Shown here: positions 38,341 to 48,802 of the stretch, in pieces | How the letters are laid out: each line of letters starts with the position of its first letter | Position numbering within the stretch: position 1 is the stretch's first letter | NCBI GenBank assembly: GCA_963812135.1 | Contig: CAWETU010000001.1 | Coordinates: forward strand, 96,001-160,000 | DNA length: 64,000 nt | Direction: 5' to 3' | Source of the DNA: Vulcanimicrobiota bacterium | Lineage (GTDB): Bacteria > Vulcanimicrobiota > Vulcanimicrobiia > Eremiobacterales > Eremiobacteraceae | Notes under the pieces: generated by a model | The model's database searches: none | Seen by the model: only the letters and a program-made list of their open reading frames with translations | Told to the model about the DNA's origin: nothing | Position numbers and translations under genes: made by a program

Positions 38341-40388
38341 AAGAGCGCTGCCTCGCGGACCGACTGTCCGAAGACCTTCGGCGCTTTGCGCGAGAGCGCG
38401 GAGTCACCGCCGTCGGGCAGCTGCTTGCGCAACTCCCAGAGCTCGTCGCGCAGCGCGGCGGCTTTCTCGAATTCGAGGCGGCCGGCGGCGGCGCGCATCT
38501 CCTTTTCGAGCTTCTCGATCGTGGCGAGCAGCACGTCGCGCGGCACCTCTTTGAGCTGCCGGCCCGCGACGCGCGCGCGCGTGTCATCGCTCGCGCCCAC
38601 GGACGAGAGGATGTCGCGCACGGCTTTGAGGATCGACTTCGGATCGATGTTGTGCTCGACGTTATACGCGAGCTGACGCTCGCGGCGCCGCTCGGTCTCG
38701 TTGATGGCGCGTTCCATCGATTGCGTCACGTTGTCCGCGTACATCAAGACGGTGCCGCTCACGTGGCGCGCCGCGCGGCCGATCGTCTGGATAAGCGAGG
38801 TCTCGGAGCGCAGGTAGCCTTCTTTATCCGCGTCGAGGATCGCGACGAGCGACACCTCGGGCAGGTCGAGCCCCTCGCGCAACAGATTGATGCCGACCAG
38901 GCAGTCGAATTCGCCGAGCCGCAGGTCGCGCAGGATCGAGATGCGCTCGAGCGTGTCGATCTCGGAGTGCAGGTAGCGCGCGCGCACGCCCATCTCGATG
39001 AGGTAGTCGGTGAGATCCTCGGCCATCTTCTTGGTCAGCGTGGTCACCAGCACGCGCTCGCCGGATTGGGCGCGCTTGCGCACTTCCTCCATGAGGTCGT
39101 CCACTTGGCCTTTGGTGGGCCGCACCTCGATCTTCGGATCCACCAAGCCGGTCGGCCTGATGAGCTGTTCGACGACCTGCGTCGAGCGCTTGCGTTCGTA
39201 CTCGCCCGGCGTCGCCGAGACGTAGACGACTTGGTTGACGTGCTTTTCGAATTCCTCAAAGGTCAGCGGCCGGTTGTCGATCGCCGACGGCAGCCGGAAG
39301 CCGTATTCGACGAGCGCTTCCTTGCGCGTGCGATCGCCCTGATACATGCCATGGACCTGCGGCAGCGTGACGTGCGACTCGTCGACGACGAGCAGCCAGT
39401 CGTCCGGGAAGAAATCGAGCAAGCAGAACGGCGTTTGGCCCGGCGCACGACCGGTGAGGTGGCGCGAGTAGTTCTCGATGCCGTTGCAATAGCCGAGCTC
39501 GCGCAGCATTTCGACGTCGTTGCGCGTGCGCAGTTCGAGGCGCTGCGCTTCGAGCAGCTTGCCCTCGCGATTGAGATAGGCGAGCCGTTCTTCGAGCTCC
39601 GCTTCGATGCTGCCGACGGCGCGCTTGAGCTTCTCTTCCGGCGTGATGAAGTGCTTGGCCGGGAAGATCGTGAGCTCGGACAGATCGTCGAGCATCTCGC
39701 CGGTCACCTGGTTGACGCGCGTGATGTGGTCGATCTGGTCGCCGAAGAAGTCCAGGCGGGTGATGATCTCGTCGTCGACGGCGACGAATTCGAGAACGTC
39801 GCCGCGCACGCGGAACGTGCCGCGTACCATAGCGAGATCGTTGCGCGTGTACTGCATGTCGACGAGCTTGCGCAGGAGCTTGTCGCGGTCGTAGTCTTGG
39901 CCGCGGCGCAGGTTGAGCGACATCTCGATGTAGTCCGACGGCGAGCCTAAACCGAAGATGCACGAGACCGATGCGACGATAATGGTATCGCGACGCGTGA
40001 GCAGCGACTGGGTCGCGGAGTGGCGCAGCCGCTCGATCTCTTCGTTGATCGACGAATCCTTTTCGATATACGTGTCCGACGACGCGATGTACGCCTCGGG
40101 CTGGTAGTAGTCGAAATAGGAGACGAAATATTCGACCGCGTTGTTCGGGAAGAACTCTTTGAACTCGCCGCACAGCTGCGCGGCGAGCGTTTTGTTGTGG
40201 CTCAGCACGAGGGTCGGCTTGCGGGCGCGTTCGATCGCCCACGCCATCGTCGCGGTCTTACCGCTGCCGGTCACGCCGAGCAGCGTCTGCGCGCGGTCGC
40301 CACGCTCGATGCCCTTCGCGATGGCGTCGATCGCGGCGGGCTGGTCGCCCGAAGGCTTGAAAGGGGCTTCGACTTTGAACTCAGGCAT
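38337..40388 (-). CDS. uvrB: Excinuclease ABC subunit B
   Basis: [25 protein letters not shown] and a C-terminal UVR domain. Confidence 0.98.
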   Translation of the reverse strand: MPEFKVEAPFKPSGDQPAAIDAIAKGIERGDRAQTLLGVTGSGKTATMAWAIERARKPTLVLSHNKTLAAQLCGEFKEFFPNNAVEYFVSYFDYYQPEAYIASSDTYIEKDSSINEEIERLRHSATQSLLTRRDTIIVASVSCIFGLGSPSDYIEMSLNLRRGQDYDRDKLLRKLVDMQYTRNDLAMVRGTFRVRGDVLEFVAVDDEIITRLDFFGDQIDHITRVNQVTGEMLDDLSELTIFPAKHFITPEEKLKRAVGSIEAELEERLAYLNREGKLLEAQRLELRTRNDVEMLRELGYCNGIENYSRHLTGRAPGQTPFCLLDFFPDDWLLVVDESHVTLPQVHGMYQGDRTRKEALVEYGFRLPSAIDNRPLTFEEFEKHVNQVVYVSATPGEYERKRSTQVVEQLIRPTGLVDPKIEVRPTKGQVDDLMEEVRKRAQSGERVLVTTLTKKMAEDLTDYLIEMGVRARYLHSEIDTLERISILRDLRLGEFDCLVGINLLREGLDLPEVSLVAILDADKEGYLRSETSLIQTIGRAARHVSGTVLMYADNVTQSMERAINETERRRERQLAYNVEHNIDPKSILKAVRDILSSVGASDDTRARVAGRQLKEVPRDVLLATIEKLEKEMRAAAGRLEFEKAAALRDELWELRKQLPDGGDSALSRKAPKVFGQSVREAALF

Positions 40389-40487
40389 CTGATCTCCATG
40401 CAGGGGGCGAACGGCTCTATTCGGAGAACAAGTCAACGGGCCTCCGGGCCCATGTGTAGCTCTATCGTTTGACGGGAGACCGCTGTT

Positions 40488-41532
40488 ATGGCTACGGCAA
40501 AACCGGTCCTCTTCTCGGGCAATTCCAACCGCGCGCTGGCTGTCGAGATCGCGCATATGATGGGCACCCATGTGGGCAAAGCGTTGGTGACGACGTTCGC
40601 CAACGAGGAGTGCCGCATCGAGATCCACGAGAACGTGCGCGGCGCGGATGCCTTCGTCATCCAATCCATCTGCAAGCCGCCCGAGCCCGGCCGCTCGGTC
40701 AACGATTCCTTGATGGAGATGCTGCTGATGATCGACGCGCTGCGCCGCGCGTCGGCCTATCGCATCACCGCCGTTATCCCGTACTACGGCTACGCGAAGC
40801 AGGACAAGAAGACGAAAGGCCGCGAGCCGATCTCGGCCAAGCTCGTCGCCAACCTGCTCACGACCGCGGGCGTGCAGCGCATCCTCACGGTCGATCTGCA
40901 CGCGGCGCAGATCCAAGGATTCTTCGACGAGCCGGTCGATAATCTTACCGCCAGCTTCATCTTGGCCAATTACCTCATCAACACTAAGAAGCTGCGCGGC
41001 TCCGGCGTCGTCGTGGTCTCGCCGGACGCAGGCGGCGTGGCGCGCGCCGAAGCGTTTGCGAAGAAACTGCAGTCCTCGGTCGCGATCGTCTTCAAACGCC
41101 GGCCGCGGCCCGACGTCAACGAAGTGAGCGAAGTCGTCGGCGATCTCAAGGACAAGACCGCGGTGATCATCGACGACATGATCTCGACCGGCGGCACGCT
41201 CGTCAAAGCGTCAGAGGCGCTGCTCGAGCGGGGCGCGACGTCGGTGATCACCTGCGCGACGCACGGCATCTTCGCGGCGGGCGCGGCGCAGAAGCTCAAT
41301 GACTCGCCGATCACCGAGGTCATCGTCACGAACACGATACCCGTGCCGGACGACATCCGCGGCGAGAAGATCAAGGTGCTGTCGGTCGGCCGCCTGCTCG
41401 CCGAAAGCATCCGGCGCATCTCGGCCAATCGCTCGGTGTCCGAGCTCTACAACGACGCAGGAGCGCACGTTGGGCCAGGACGGCGTCGACGATCAACCAC
41501 TTTTTAGTCTTGCGTCGGGCGCTCCGACGTAG
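40488..41532 (+). CDS. prs: Ribose-phosphate pyrophosphokinase (tail possibly frameshifted; alternative end 41507)
   Basis: [27 protein letters not shown] and DDMISTGGT motifs. Confidence 0.96.
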
Positions 41533-41549
41533 CGTAGAAGAAAGGCATA

Positions 41550-42206
41550 ATGGAGACGATCAGCATCGCAGCAAAGCCCCGGTCGCAGACCGGCAGCCAC
41601 GCTGTCAACAAATTGCGCAACGACGGCAAGGTCCCCGGCGTCGTCTACGGTCATCAGTTCAGCGATCCGCTGCCCATCGTCATCGAGGCGCGCGACCTGC
41701 GCAGCGCGTTGAGCGGTCATAACATCAACTCGGTCTTCACCCTTGAGATCGAAGGCCGCGGCGCGACGCCGGTGATGGTGCACGAGCGCCAGCACGACAT
41801 CATCAGCCATCACCTCATCCACATCGATCTGTATGCGGTCAACCTCAACGAGGCCGTCGAGGCGAACGTCCCTGTCGTCGTGGTCGGCAACGCCCCCGGC
41901 GTCAAGGAAGGCGGCGTGCTCGACATCGTGCTGCGTGAGATCGCGGTCGAGGCGCTGCCTGGATCGATCCCCGAGCAGATCGAGGTCGACGTTTCGAACC
42001 TCAACATCGGCGACAACGTCCACGTGCGCGAACTGACGGCGCCGTCGGGCGTGAAGATCGTGGAAGAGGACGACGAGATCGTGCTCTCCGTGCTCGCGCC
42101 GCAAAAGGCGGAGGAAGAAGTTCCGGCCGTCGCGGTCACCGAGCTCGCGCAACCGGAGCTCATCGGCGAGAAGAAACCGGCCGAGGAAGAAGCCGAGGAG
42201 AGCTAA
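41550..42206 (+). CDS. rplY: 50S ribosomal protein L25/Ctc
   Basis: LR..GKVPGVVYG, HIDL, GVKEGG and an acidic tail. Confidence 0.96.
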   Translation: METISIAAKPRSQTGSHAVNKLRNDGKVPGVVYGHQFSDPLPIVIEARDLRSALSGHNINSVFTLEIEGRGATPVMVHERQHDIISHHLIHIDLYAVNLNEAVEANVPVVVVGNAPGVKEGGVLDIVLREIAVEALPGSIPEQIEVDVSNLNIGDNVHVRELTAPSGVKIVEEDDEIVLSVLAPQKAEEEVPAVAVTELAQPELIGEKKPAEEEAEES

Positions 42207-42813
42207 GGCGCACTCGCCGGACGATACCCGCACGCCCCGGAGTCCGCGCCTCATCGCCGGGCTCGGCAATCCGGGGCGTTCGTATGCCCGCACGCGTCAC
42301 AACATCGGCTTCCGGGTCGTCGAGGCGCTCGCGCAGGCGCACGCGGCGCCGCCGTGGCGTAACCGCTTTCAAGCGCGCGTCACGCAACTGCCCGATCTCG
42401 ACACCATCCTGGCGCTGCCGCAGACCTTCATGAACCTCTCGGGCGAAAGCGTCGCGCAACTCATGCCGTACTATAAGATCTCCCTGCGCGGCCTGCTCGT
42501 CGTCGCCGACGATGTCAACTTGCCGTTCGGCCGGCTGCGGATGCGGCGCAGCGGCACCGACGGCGGACATAACGGTCTCAAGTCGATCATCGGATCACTG
42601 CATTCGACGGGGTTCGCGCGCCTGCGCGTCGGCGTCGGGCGCCAAGACGGCGACCTCATCGATCACGTCATCAGCAATTTCACGAAGGAAGAGGAAGCTA
42701 CGCTGCCCGAGGTCATCGGGCGCGCCGTCGCGGGCATCGAGACGTTCCTCGACGCCGGCGTCGAGGCGGCCATCGCGCAGGTCAACGCCGCAGGTGGAGA
42801 TCCGCATGCCTGA
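42205..42813 (+). CDS. pth: Peptidyl-tRNA hydrolase (start codon not intact in this sequence)
   Basis: LIAGLGNPG..Y..TRHNIGF lies in frame upstream of 42430; also PQTFMNLSG, GGHNGLKS and RLRVGVG. Confidence 0.93.
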   Translation, partial: KAHSPDDTRTPRSPRLIAGLGNPGRSYARTRHNIGFRVVEALAQAHAAPPWRNRFQARVTQLPDLDTILALPQTFMNLSGESVAQLMPYYKISLRGLLVVADDVNLPFGRLRMRRSGTDGGHNGLKSIIGSLHSTGFARLRVGVGRQDGDLIDHVISNFTKEEEATLPEVIGRAVAGIETFLDAGVEAAIAQVNAAGGDPHA

Positions 42814-43036
42814 CGCCACCACGCAGATCGGCCGATTGCTCATCGGAGCCGGTATCGTCCTCGTCGTCGCGGGCGTGCTCTTCATCCTGGCTCGGCCGCT
42901 GCATCTGGGCGCGCTGCCAGGCGATATCACCGTGAGCGGCAGAGGGTGGCAGGCGACATTGCTGATCGGGACGTCGCTCGTGCTTTCGGTCATCCTCACG
43001 CTCGTGCTGAACTTGCTGCTTAGACGACCTCGATGA
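42806..43036 (+). CDS. DUF2905-like small membrane protein
   Basis: G..LI..G...LG.LPGDI...TS.VLS..LTL pattern. Confidence 0.8.
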   Translation: MPDATTQIGRLLIGAGIVLVVAGVLFILARPLHLGALPGDITVSGRGWQATLLIGTSLVLSVILTLVLNLLLRRPR

Positions 43037-43739
43037 TCGCTGCCGCCGGATCCCACCGCGGGTTCTCGCCCGCGTAACCGCGCGGGTTGCTCACCACGCG
43101 CGTCGCACCGATGCGGTAGTCCACCGCGTCATGCATGTGACCGTGCAGCCAGAGCTGCGGGCGCAGCTCCTCGACGAAGCGGTCCATGTCGCTCGCGAAA
43201 AAACCGTTGAGGGGCGAGCCCGCGAAGCGCGGATGCTGGCTGCGGTATGACGGCGCGGTATGGGTCACGACCACCGCGCGCTCGCCCGCGCGCTGCAACT
43301 CCGCGCGCAGCCACTCGCGCGTCGAGCGGTGCACGGCCATCAGGTCGTCGACGGTCACGCCGCGCATGTCGAACCATTTGAGGACGCGCGCGACCGCGGG
43401 CGCGTCGAGCCCGCCGCGCATGTCGGTCCACAGGTTGGCGCCCAAGAAGGTCACGCCGCCGATGTCCAAGCGATCGCGCTCGAGCAGATGCACATTTGGA
43501 AAATCCGCCACCGCGGCGCGAAAGGCCGGCAACACTTCATCGAAGCGCTTGTGGTCGAACTCGTGATTGCCGAGCACGATGATGGTTGGCACCGCCGGTT
43601 GCTTGTGCTGCAGCCACTGCGCAAGACCCGTGGGTTCGACGTGGGTGTCGCCGGCGATGACCAGCACGTCGCCAACTGTCTCGAACGGCGCGAGCGGATT
43701 GGATTCGACGTGCAGATCCGAGACGAGCTGGAGCTTCAC
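43020..43739 (-). CDS. Metallophosphoesterase
   Basis: SDLH, AGD, GNHE, VTH and HGH.H motifs. Confidence 0.92.
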   Translation of the reverse strand: MKLQLVSDLHVESNPLAPFETVGDVLVIAGDTHVEPTGLAQWLQHKQPAVPTIIVLGNHEFDHKRFDEVLPAFRAAVADFPNVHLLERDRLDIGGVTFLGANLWTDMRGGLDAPAVARVLKWFDMRGVTVDDLMAVHRSTREWLRAELQRAGERAVVVTHTAPSYRSQHPRFAGSPLNGFFASDMDRFVEELRPQLWLHGHMHDAVDYRIGATRVVSNPRGYAGENPRWDPAAAIIEVV

Positions 43740-43761
43740 GTCGAATAAATTCGACCGCTAC
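43740..43761 (-). repeat. REP-like palindrome GTAGCGGTCGAATTTATTCGAC
   Basis: Fills the whole gap between pyrE and the metallophosphoesterase gene and supplies the pyrE TAG. Confidence 0.8.
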
Positions 43762-44330
43762 TGCGGCGTGCGGCGGCTGCCGGGGTCGGTGAGCGGCGCG
43801 CGATCGTGGCAGAGCGGACACTGCGCGGGATCATAGTCGCGCAAGGGCAGCTCGAGCAACGCGGTGACCGGCAGCGGCAGCGACGGCCTGCCTCGTTTCA
43901 CGACTGCGCCGATCGCGACCAGGTTGCCGCCGGCGCGCTGCACGACGTCGACCACCTCGGAAGCGGATTTGCCCGTCGTCATCACGTCTTCGATCACGGC
44001 GACGCGCTCGCCGGGCGCGATCGCGAACCCGCGGCGCAGCACGGGAACGCCCGCCTCCTTCTCGACGAAGATGTCGCGCACGCCCAACGCTTTCGCGACG
44101 ATGTAACCGGGGATGATTCCGCCGATCGCCGCGCTGATCACCAGATCCGGCGCCGCGCCGCGCAGACGATCCGCGAGCGCGGCGCAAACCGCCTCAGCCG
44201 TCGGCGGATCCTCGAAGATGCGGAACTTCTGGATGAAGCGATCGCTGTGCAAGCCCGACGAGAGCAAGAAATGTCCCGATAGCATGGCGCCGCGCCGCTC
44301 GAGCAGCGCGAGGACTTCCTGCGGCGTCAC
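43758..44330 (-). CDS. pyrE: Orotate phosphoribosyltransferase
   Basis: GHFLLSSGLHS and VIEDVMTTG motifs. Confidence 0.95.
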   Translation of the reverse strand: MTPQEVLALLERRGAMLSGHFLLSSGLHSDRFIQKFRIFEDPPTAEAVCAALADRLRGAAPDLVISAAIGGIIPGYIVAKALGVRDIFVEKEAGVPVLRRGFAIAPGERVAVIEDVMTTGKSASEVVDVVQRAGGNLVAIGAVVKRGRPSLPLPVTALLELPLRDYDPAQCPLCHDRAPLTDPGSRRTPQ

Positions 44331-44331
44331 G

Positions 44332-45051
44332 TCAGATCGCGCCCAACGGTTTGACGGACGCGAGATCGGCCAGAATTGCGCGTGCTGCCGCGGCAGGATC
44401 GGCCGCTGCCGTGATCGGGCGTCCGACGACGACGAAATTCGCGCCGGCTAAGGCGGCCTCGAGCGGCGTCGCGACGCGCCGCTGGTCGTCCGCGCCCACG
44501 CCCGCCGGCCGGATGCCGGGGCAGACGGCGGTCAGCGAATCGCCTGTGCGCGCCCGGATGATCGAAAGGTCGTCCACAGCGCATACGATGCCGTCCATGC
44601 GGTTGTTCAGCGCGAGCTCGGCCCGCATCGCGACCAGCTCGTGCGGGTCCAAATCCTCGCCGGCCAGTACAAGTTCTTCTTTAGAAAGGCTCGTCAGTAC
44701 GGTCACCGCCAGCAGGCGCATGGCGGCGCCCGACGCGTTCGCTTCGTCGCGCGCGCGCGCGGCGGCGGCCAGCATCGGCCCGCCGCCTGACGCGTGGACG
44801 GTGAGCATTGCCGGGCGATAGCGGGCGAGCGCTCCAACGCCGGCGGCGACGGTGTTCGGGATGTCGAGGAGTTTGAGGTCGAGGAACAGGTGCAGCTCGC
44901 GGCCGCGCAGCGCTTCGATGATCCGGTCGCCGTAGCCATAGAAGGCCTGATAGCCGACCTTATACCAGCGGGCGACGGCGCTTGTCTTGTCCACCGCGGC
45001 GATCGCGTCATCGTACGTCGGCTCGTCGAGGGCGACGATCAGCTCGGTCAT
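44332..45051 (-). CDS. pyrF: Orotidine-5'-phosphate decarboxylase
   Basis: FLDLKLLDIPNTV, VTVLTS, PGIRP...DDQ.R and VGRPI motifs. Confidence 0.96.
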   Translation of the reverse strand: MTELIVALDEPTYDDAIAAVDKTSAVARWYKVGYQAFYGYGDRIIEALRGRELHLFLDLKLLDIPNTVAAGVGALARYRPAMLTVHASGGGPMLAAAARARDEANASGAAMRLLAVTVLTSLSKEELVLAGEDLDPHELVAMRAELALNNRMDGIVCAVDDLSIIRARTGDSLTAVCPGIRPAGVGADDQRRVATPLEAALAGANFVVVGRPITAAADPAAAARAILADLASVKPLGAI

Positions 45052-46046
45052 CGCGGCGCCTGCGCTTTCTCGGGGCGACGATCGGCGGGCCAGCGCGCAG
45101 CGGCGAAGCCCGGATTGGCCAACCCGGTGAGCGCGCGGACGCTCGCGAATCCGCGCCGCGCGGCTTCCGCGGCGATCGCATCGCGCACGTGCATCGGCAC
45201 CTCGGGATCGTGGAAGTTGGCCGTGCCGATCGCGACGGCGGTCGCGCCCGCCATCATCATCTCAAGCGCGTCGCGACCCGAGTCGATGCCGCCCATGCCG
45301 ATGATCGGGATCTTCACCGTCTGAGCGGCCTCCCAAACCTGATACACGGCCACCGGCCTGATGGCAGGCCCGGTCAGTCCGCCGGTCCCGTTGGCCAACG
45401 TCGGGCGCGCGCGCTCGACGTCGATCGCCATACCGCGCAGCGAGTTGACGAGCGAGATAGCGTCGGCGCCGGCTTCTTCCGCCGCGCGGGCGATCGGCCG
45501 GATGTCCGTGACGTTCGGCGTCAGCTTCGCGATCACCGGAAGCGCGACTCGGCGTTTCACCGCGGAGACGACGGCGTCGGTCGCGCGCGGATCGACCGCA
45601 AAGCATTCGCCTTCGCTGTCCACGTTTGGACACGACACATCGAGCTCGATCGCGGCGATGCCCGGCAAGCAGTCCATCGCTGCGGCGACGTCGACGAACT
45701 CACCGACCGTGAATCCGGCGACGCTCGCGATGACGACCGTCGGCACGCCGGTGAGTTTCGGAGCCTCGTGTTCGACGAAGTATTCGATGCCGGGTCCCTG
45801 GAGGCCGATCGCGTTGAGCATGCCGGACGGCGTCAGCGCGATGCGCGGCATCTGGTTGCCAAGCCGCGGCTCTCGGGTGATGCTTTTGAGCGTGATCGCG
45901 CCGTACGCGCCGACGTCGATGATGCGCGCGAACTCCGCGCCGCGATTGTAGCAGCCGCTGGCCGCGATCGTGGCGTTCGCAAGCGTGAGGCGGCCGATGC
46001 TGACCGTCTGATCCGGCGCGTGCGCGGTCCCGTTGCGCTCGCTCAT
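45048..46046 (-). CDS. pyrD: Dihydroorotate dehydrogenase class 1B, catalytic subunit
   Basis: MLNAIGLQ, SCPNV, KLTPNVTDI and GGL.GPAIRP motifs. Confidence 0.95.
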   Translation of the reverse strand: MSERNGTAHAPDQTVSIGRLTLANATIAASGCYNRGAEFARIIDVGAYGAITLKSITREPRLGNQMPRIALTPSGMLNAIGLQGPGIEYFVEHEAPKLTGVPTVVIASVAGFTVGEFVDVAAAMDCLPGIAAIELDVSCPNVDSEGECFAVDPRATDAVVSAVKRRVALPVIAKLTPNVTDIRPIARAAEEAGADAISLVNSLRGMAIDVERARPTLANGTGGLTGPAIRPVAVYQVWEAAQTVKIPIIGMGGIDSGRDALEMMMAGATAVAIGTANFHDPEVPMHVRDAIAAEAARRGFASVRALTGLANPGFAAARWPADRRPEKAQAPR

Positions 46047-46876
46047 GCGTACGCTTCCAGCCACAACACGTCGCTCGCGGAGAACACCGTGCCGTCGATG
46101 CAGACGCGCGCGAGATCAAATGCGCGCGAATCGCGCGGCGCTGGCGGATACCCGGTGCCCTGCGGGCTGCCCTTGCGCACCGGCACGACGCATCCCCAGC
46201 ACGTCCCCATCGAGCAGCCGAACGTCTCTTCCATCGAGATCTCGCACGGCACGCGTGCGGCGTTCGCGACGTCGCACAGCGCGCGCAACATCGCGGGCGG
46301 GCCACAGCCGTAGATGATGTCGGCCGGGAGCATGCGCTTGCCGAGCTCGACGACCGTGGCGCGTTCGCCTTCGCTCCCGTCATCGGTGCAGAGCGTGACC
46401 TCGACGCCGGCTTCGCGCAACTGCGCGACGCCGCACAGATGCGCCTTGGTGCGGGCACCGACGATTGCGCGGACCGAAACGCCGGCAGCGCGCAAGTCGC
46501 GAGCGAGCAGCCAGAATGGCACAATGCCGATGCCGCCCGCGACGATGAGCGCACGTGACCCTTTTGCGGGGATGCTGAACTCGTTGCCGAGCGGACCGAT
46601 GCACGAGATCGCCGTGCCGACGCTCAAGCGCGACAAGCGGATCGTGCGCTCTCCCCATTCACGGAAGAGCACGCTGAATTCGTCGTTGCGCGCCGTCCAG
46701 ATGCCGAGCGGCAAACGTACCGAGAACGCGCCGGGAACGTCGATCGCCACGTAGCCGGCCGAACGGGCCGAGCGGGTGATCCGCGGCCCGCGCAGGCCCA
46801 GACACCAAAAGCCGGGGGCTACTTGCTCCCGGCTGATCAAGGTGGCGGTTTCCAGCAGCGGCGCCTCGGATGCCAT
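46043..46876 (-). CDS. pyrK: Dihydroorotate dehydrogenase electron-transfer subunit
   Basis: GPLGN.F, GGIG, CGP and the 2Fe-2S motif CSMGTCWGC...C.DG.VF. Confidence 0.92.
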   Translation of the reverse strand: MASEAPLLETATLISREQVAPGFWCLGLRGPRITRSARSAGYVAIDVPGAFSVRLPLGIWTARNDEFSVLFREWGERTIRLSRLSVGTAISCIGPLGNEFSIPAKGSRALIVAGGIGIVPFWLLARDLRAAGVSVRAIVGARTKAHLCGVAQLREAGVEVTLCTDDGSEGERATVVELGKRMLPADIIYGCGPPAMLRALCDVANAARVPCEISMEETFGCSMGTCWGCVVPVRKGSPQGTGYPPAPRDSRAFDLARVCIDGTVFSASDVLWLEAYA

Positions 46877-47026
46877 TGACCGTCGATGTTCGCGTCCCTT
46901 GACGCGCGCCCCTCGGAACGTGACGTGCGTCATACTCTGGCGGTGAGCGCCGGCGGGACGTCTGATGTGAACATTTCGCGGGCATTACCCGTATAGTCAT
47001 TGGGGGGCACCACTGGGAGTAAGCCC

Positions 47027-47176
47027 ATGCAAGGAATACTGATCTTCAATACACTCGCCGAAGCGGTGGCAAGCGGTTTCGAGGTCTTCGACCGCACCGC
47101 CGAAGGCTATCTCGTGCGCAAGCGTACCGAGCGCGGCTGGGCGATCGCCCTCGCGAAGCAGCACAAAGCCGCCTAA
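47027..47176 (+). CDS. 49-aa small protein (not in the ORF track)
   Basis: GGGAG Shine-Dalgarno. MQGILIFNTLAEAVASGFEVFDRTAEGYLVRKRTERGWAIALAKQHKAA*, with strong GC3 bias. Confidence 0.75.
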   Translation: MQGILIFNTLAEAVASGFEVFDRTAEGYLVRKRTERGWAIALAKQHKAA

Positions 47177-47320
47177 AAACGGCCGGTCAAAAAGCGAATC
47201 GAGGCGGACCATGGTCTGCCTCGATCTTTTTTCGGCGCCGGGCCGCGCGGGGTGCGCTGCGCGACTCGGCGCCTATCTTCTATAACGACCTGTGGCCCAG
47301 GAAAGTTTCTCCCGCCTTGC

Positions 47321-48088
47321 CTAGGGATGCGACGAGCCCGGCATCGCGATCGAATACGTGACGGATACTGTCGCGGTCATCGTTCCCGTGCCAGGCGAGA
47401 TCGGCGGCGGTGCGGGTGCCGCCATCGCCATGGTCGTCATCCGGGCGACCGGCGCGAACGGCGTCGGCGCCGCGCCGCCCACCGAGATCGAGGTCACCGC
47501 GCCGAGCCGCAGGCCGGCGGCCGACGCGGCGGCGTCGGCGAGATCGCGCGCTTGCTTGACCGCGCGTTGCACCGCTTGCTTGTAGAGCGCGTCGCGCTGC
47601 GTGGTCTCGTACGACAAGCCATAGGTCTGATTCGCACCGGCGCGAATGCCGGCGTCGATGGCCGCGCCCGCTTTGTCGACGGGCGACTTCACGCTGATGT
47701 CCTCGGACGCCACGTACGCCGCTTTGACTGTCTCAGTCGCCTGTCGGTAATACAGGTTGAAGCCGTTCGTGGTGATCGACGCAGCCGGAATGCCGAGCGA
47801 CTTGAGCGCCGAGATGACGGAGTTCGCCCGGCCCGCGACGTCGGCTGTTGCCGCCGACGCGCTTGCGGCCTCGCCGTTGACGCCGAGCGTGACGCGCGCC
47901 TCGTCGGGCGTGTAGTCGACTTCCCCGTCGCCTTGGACCGAGATGGTCGCCGGATGATGCGCCATCATCATATACATCATGTCCTGCGACATCGGCGGCA
48001 TCGGGGGCATGGGCGTTGTGGCGGCGAGCGCGCGCCCGCCTGAAACGGCGATCAAGATAGCCGCGCTGAACGCTGCAATGATTCGCAT
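47321..48088 (-). CDS. SIMPL/DUF541 periplasmic protein
   Basis: Signal peptide, ISVQGDGEV..PDEA, A...AGAN, A..LA.A..AG..LG and ISPG...TATVSVTY. Confidence 0.88.
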   Translation of the reverse strand: MRIIAAFSAAILIAVSGGRALAATTPMPPMPPMSQDMMYMMMAHHPATISVQGDGEVDYTPDEARVTLGVNGEAASASAATADVAGRANSVISALKSLGIPAASITTNGFNLYYRQATETVKAAYVASEDISVKSPVDKAGAAIDAGIRAGANQTYGLSYETTQRDALYKQAVQRAVKQARDLADAAASAAGLRLGAVTSISVGGAAPTPFAPVARMTTMAMAAPAPPPISPGTGTMTATVSVTYSIAMPGSSHP

Positions 48089-48105
48089 ATGGTCTCTCCT
48101 GTCGA

Positions 48106-48645
48106 TCACGAGCGCAGCCGCGCGACGGCACGCTCTTCGTATCGCGTGGTAGGTCCTGCCGGAATGCTTTCGAAGAGCACGACCTCGCGTACTGCTAGCA
48201 CGCAGGGCGGCGGGATTTCGATCCGCGGCATCCCGTGCAGCGGCGTTTTTGCGCGCGCCAGGGTGATATGGGCGACGGCGGGATTGTCGAAGTGTGCGCC
48301 GGCCTCTTCAAAGCCCGCCCGGATCAGTGCCGCGCATTCGGAAAAGCCGGCCGGCTCGAGCGAACTCCCGAGCCACAGGACCCGCGGCCGCCGTTCGTTC
48401 GGGAAGCCGCCCAGAACGTCGAAGACGATCTCGAACGGTTCGCAGCGCGCCGCACAGGCCTGCATAGCTGCGGCGAACTCGGCGCTCTTGGCTGCATCGA
48501 CACGGCCCAGATATGCCAGCGTGACGTGGAGCTTTTCCGGGCGCTCGAGGCGCACGGCCGCACCGACGGCGGCCAACGCGTCCATCGCGCGCACGGCTGA
48601 AAGCCGCACCGCATCGTCGAGGCGGATCGCCGCAAAGGTGGCCAC
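48106..48645 (-). CDS. thpR: RNA 2',3'-cyclic phosphodiesterase (2H family)
   Basis: Two HxT motifs (LHVTLAYLG, AHITLAR) and GGFP...PRVLW. Confidence 0.9.
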   Translation of the reverse strand: MATFAAIRLDDAVRLSAVRAMDALAAVGAAVRLERPEKLHVTLAYLGRVDAAKSAEFAAAMQACAARCEPFEIVFDVLGGFPNERRPRVLWLGSSLEPAGFSECAALIRAGFEEAGAHFDNPAVAHITLARAKTPLHGMPRIEIPPPCVLAVREVVLFESIPAGPTTRYEERAVARLRS

Positions 48646-48802
48646 GCCGGAGGGCGTTCGTCGCCCGCCCAGGACCCGCTTTCACGGCCTCTTAATGTGG
48701 CCTTGGAGCGCTTCACGGTATGCTTGACCCAATAGCGGGCGACGCATGTGAGAGTCGCAGTGCTAACCACCGTCGCTAGGAAACGACAGGAGCACCGCAC
48801 CA

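Noticed and set aside
36590..40480. LexA boxes upstream of uvrA and uvrB
   Set aside because: No clear GAAC-N4-GTTC or CTGT-N8-ACAG match was seen.
42200..42250. pth as a pseudogene or with an exotic start
   Set aside because: One missing T in TAA(T)GGCG would restore an ATG overlapping the rplY stop, so a sequencing deletion is more likely.
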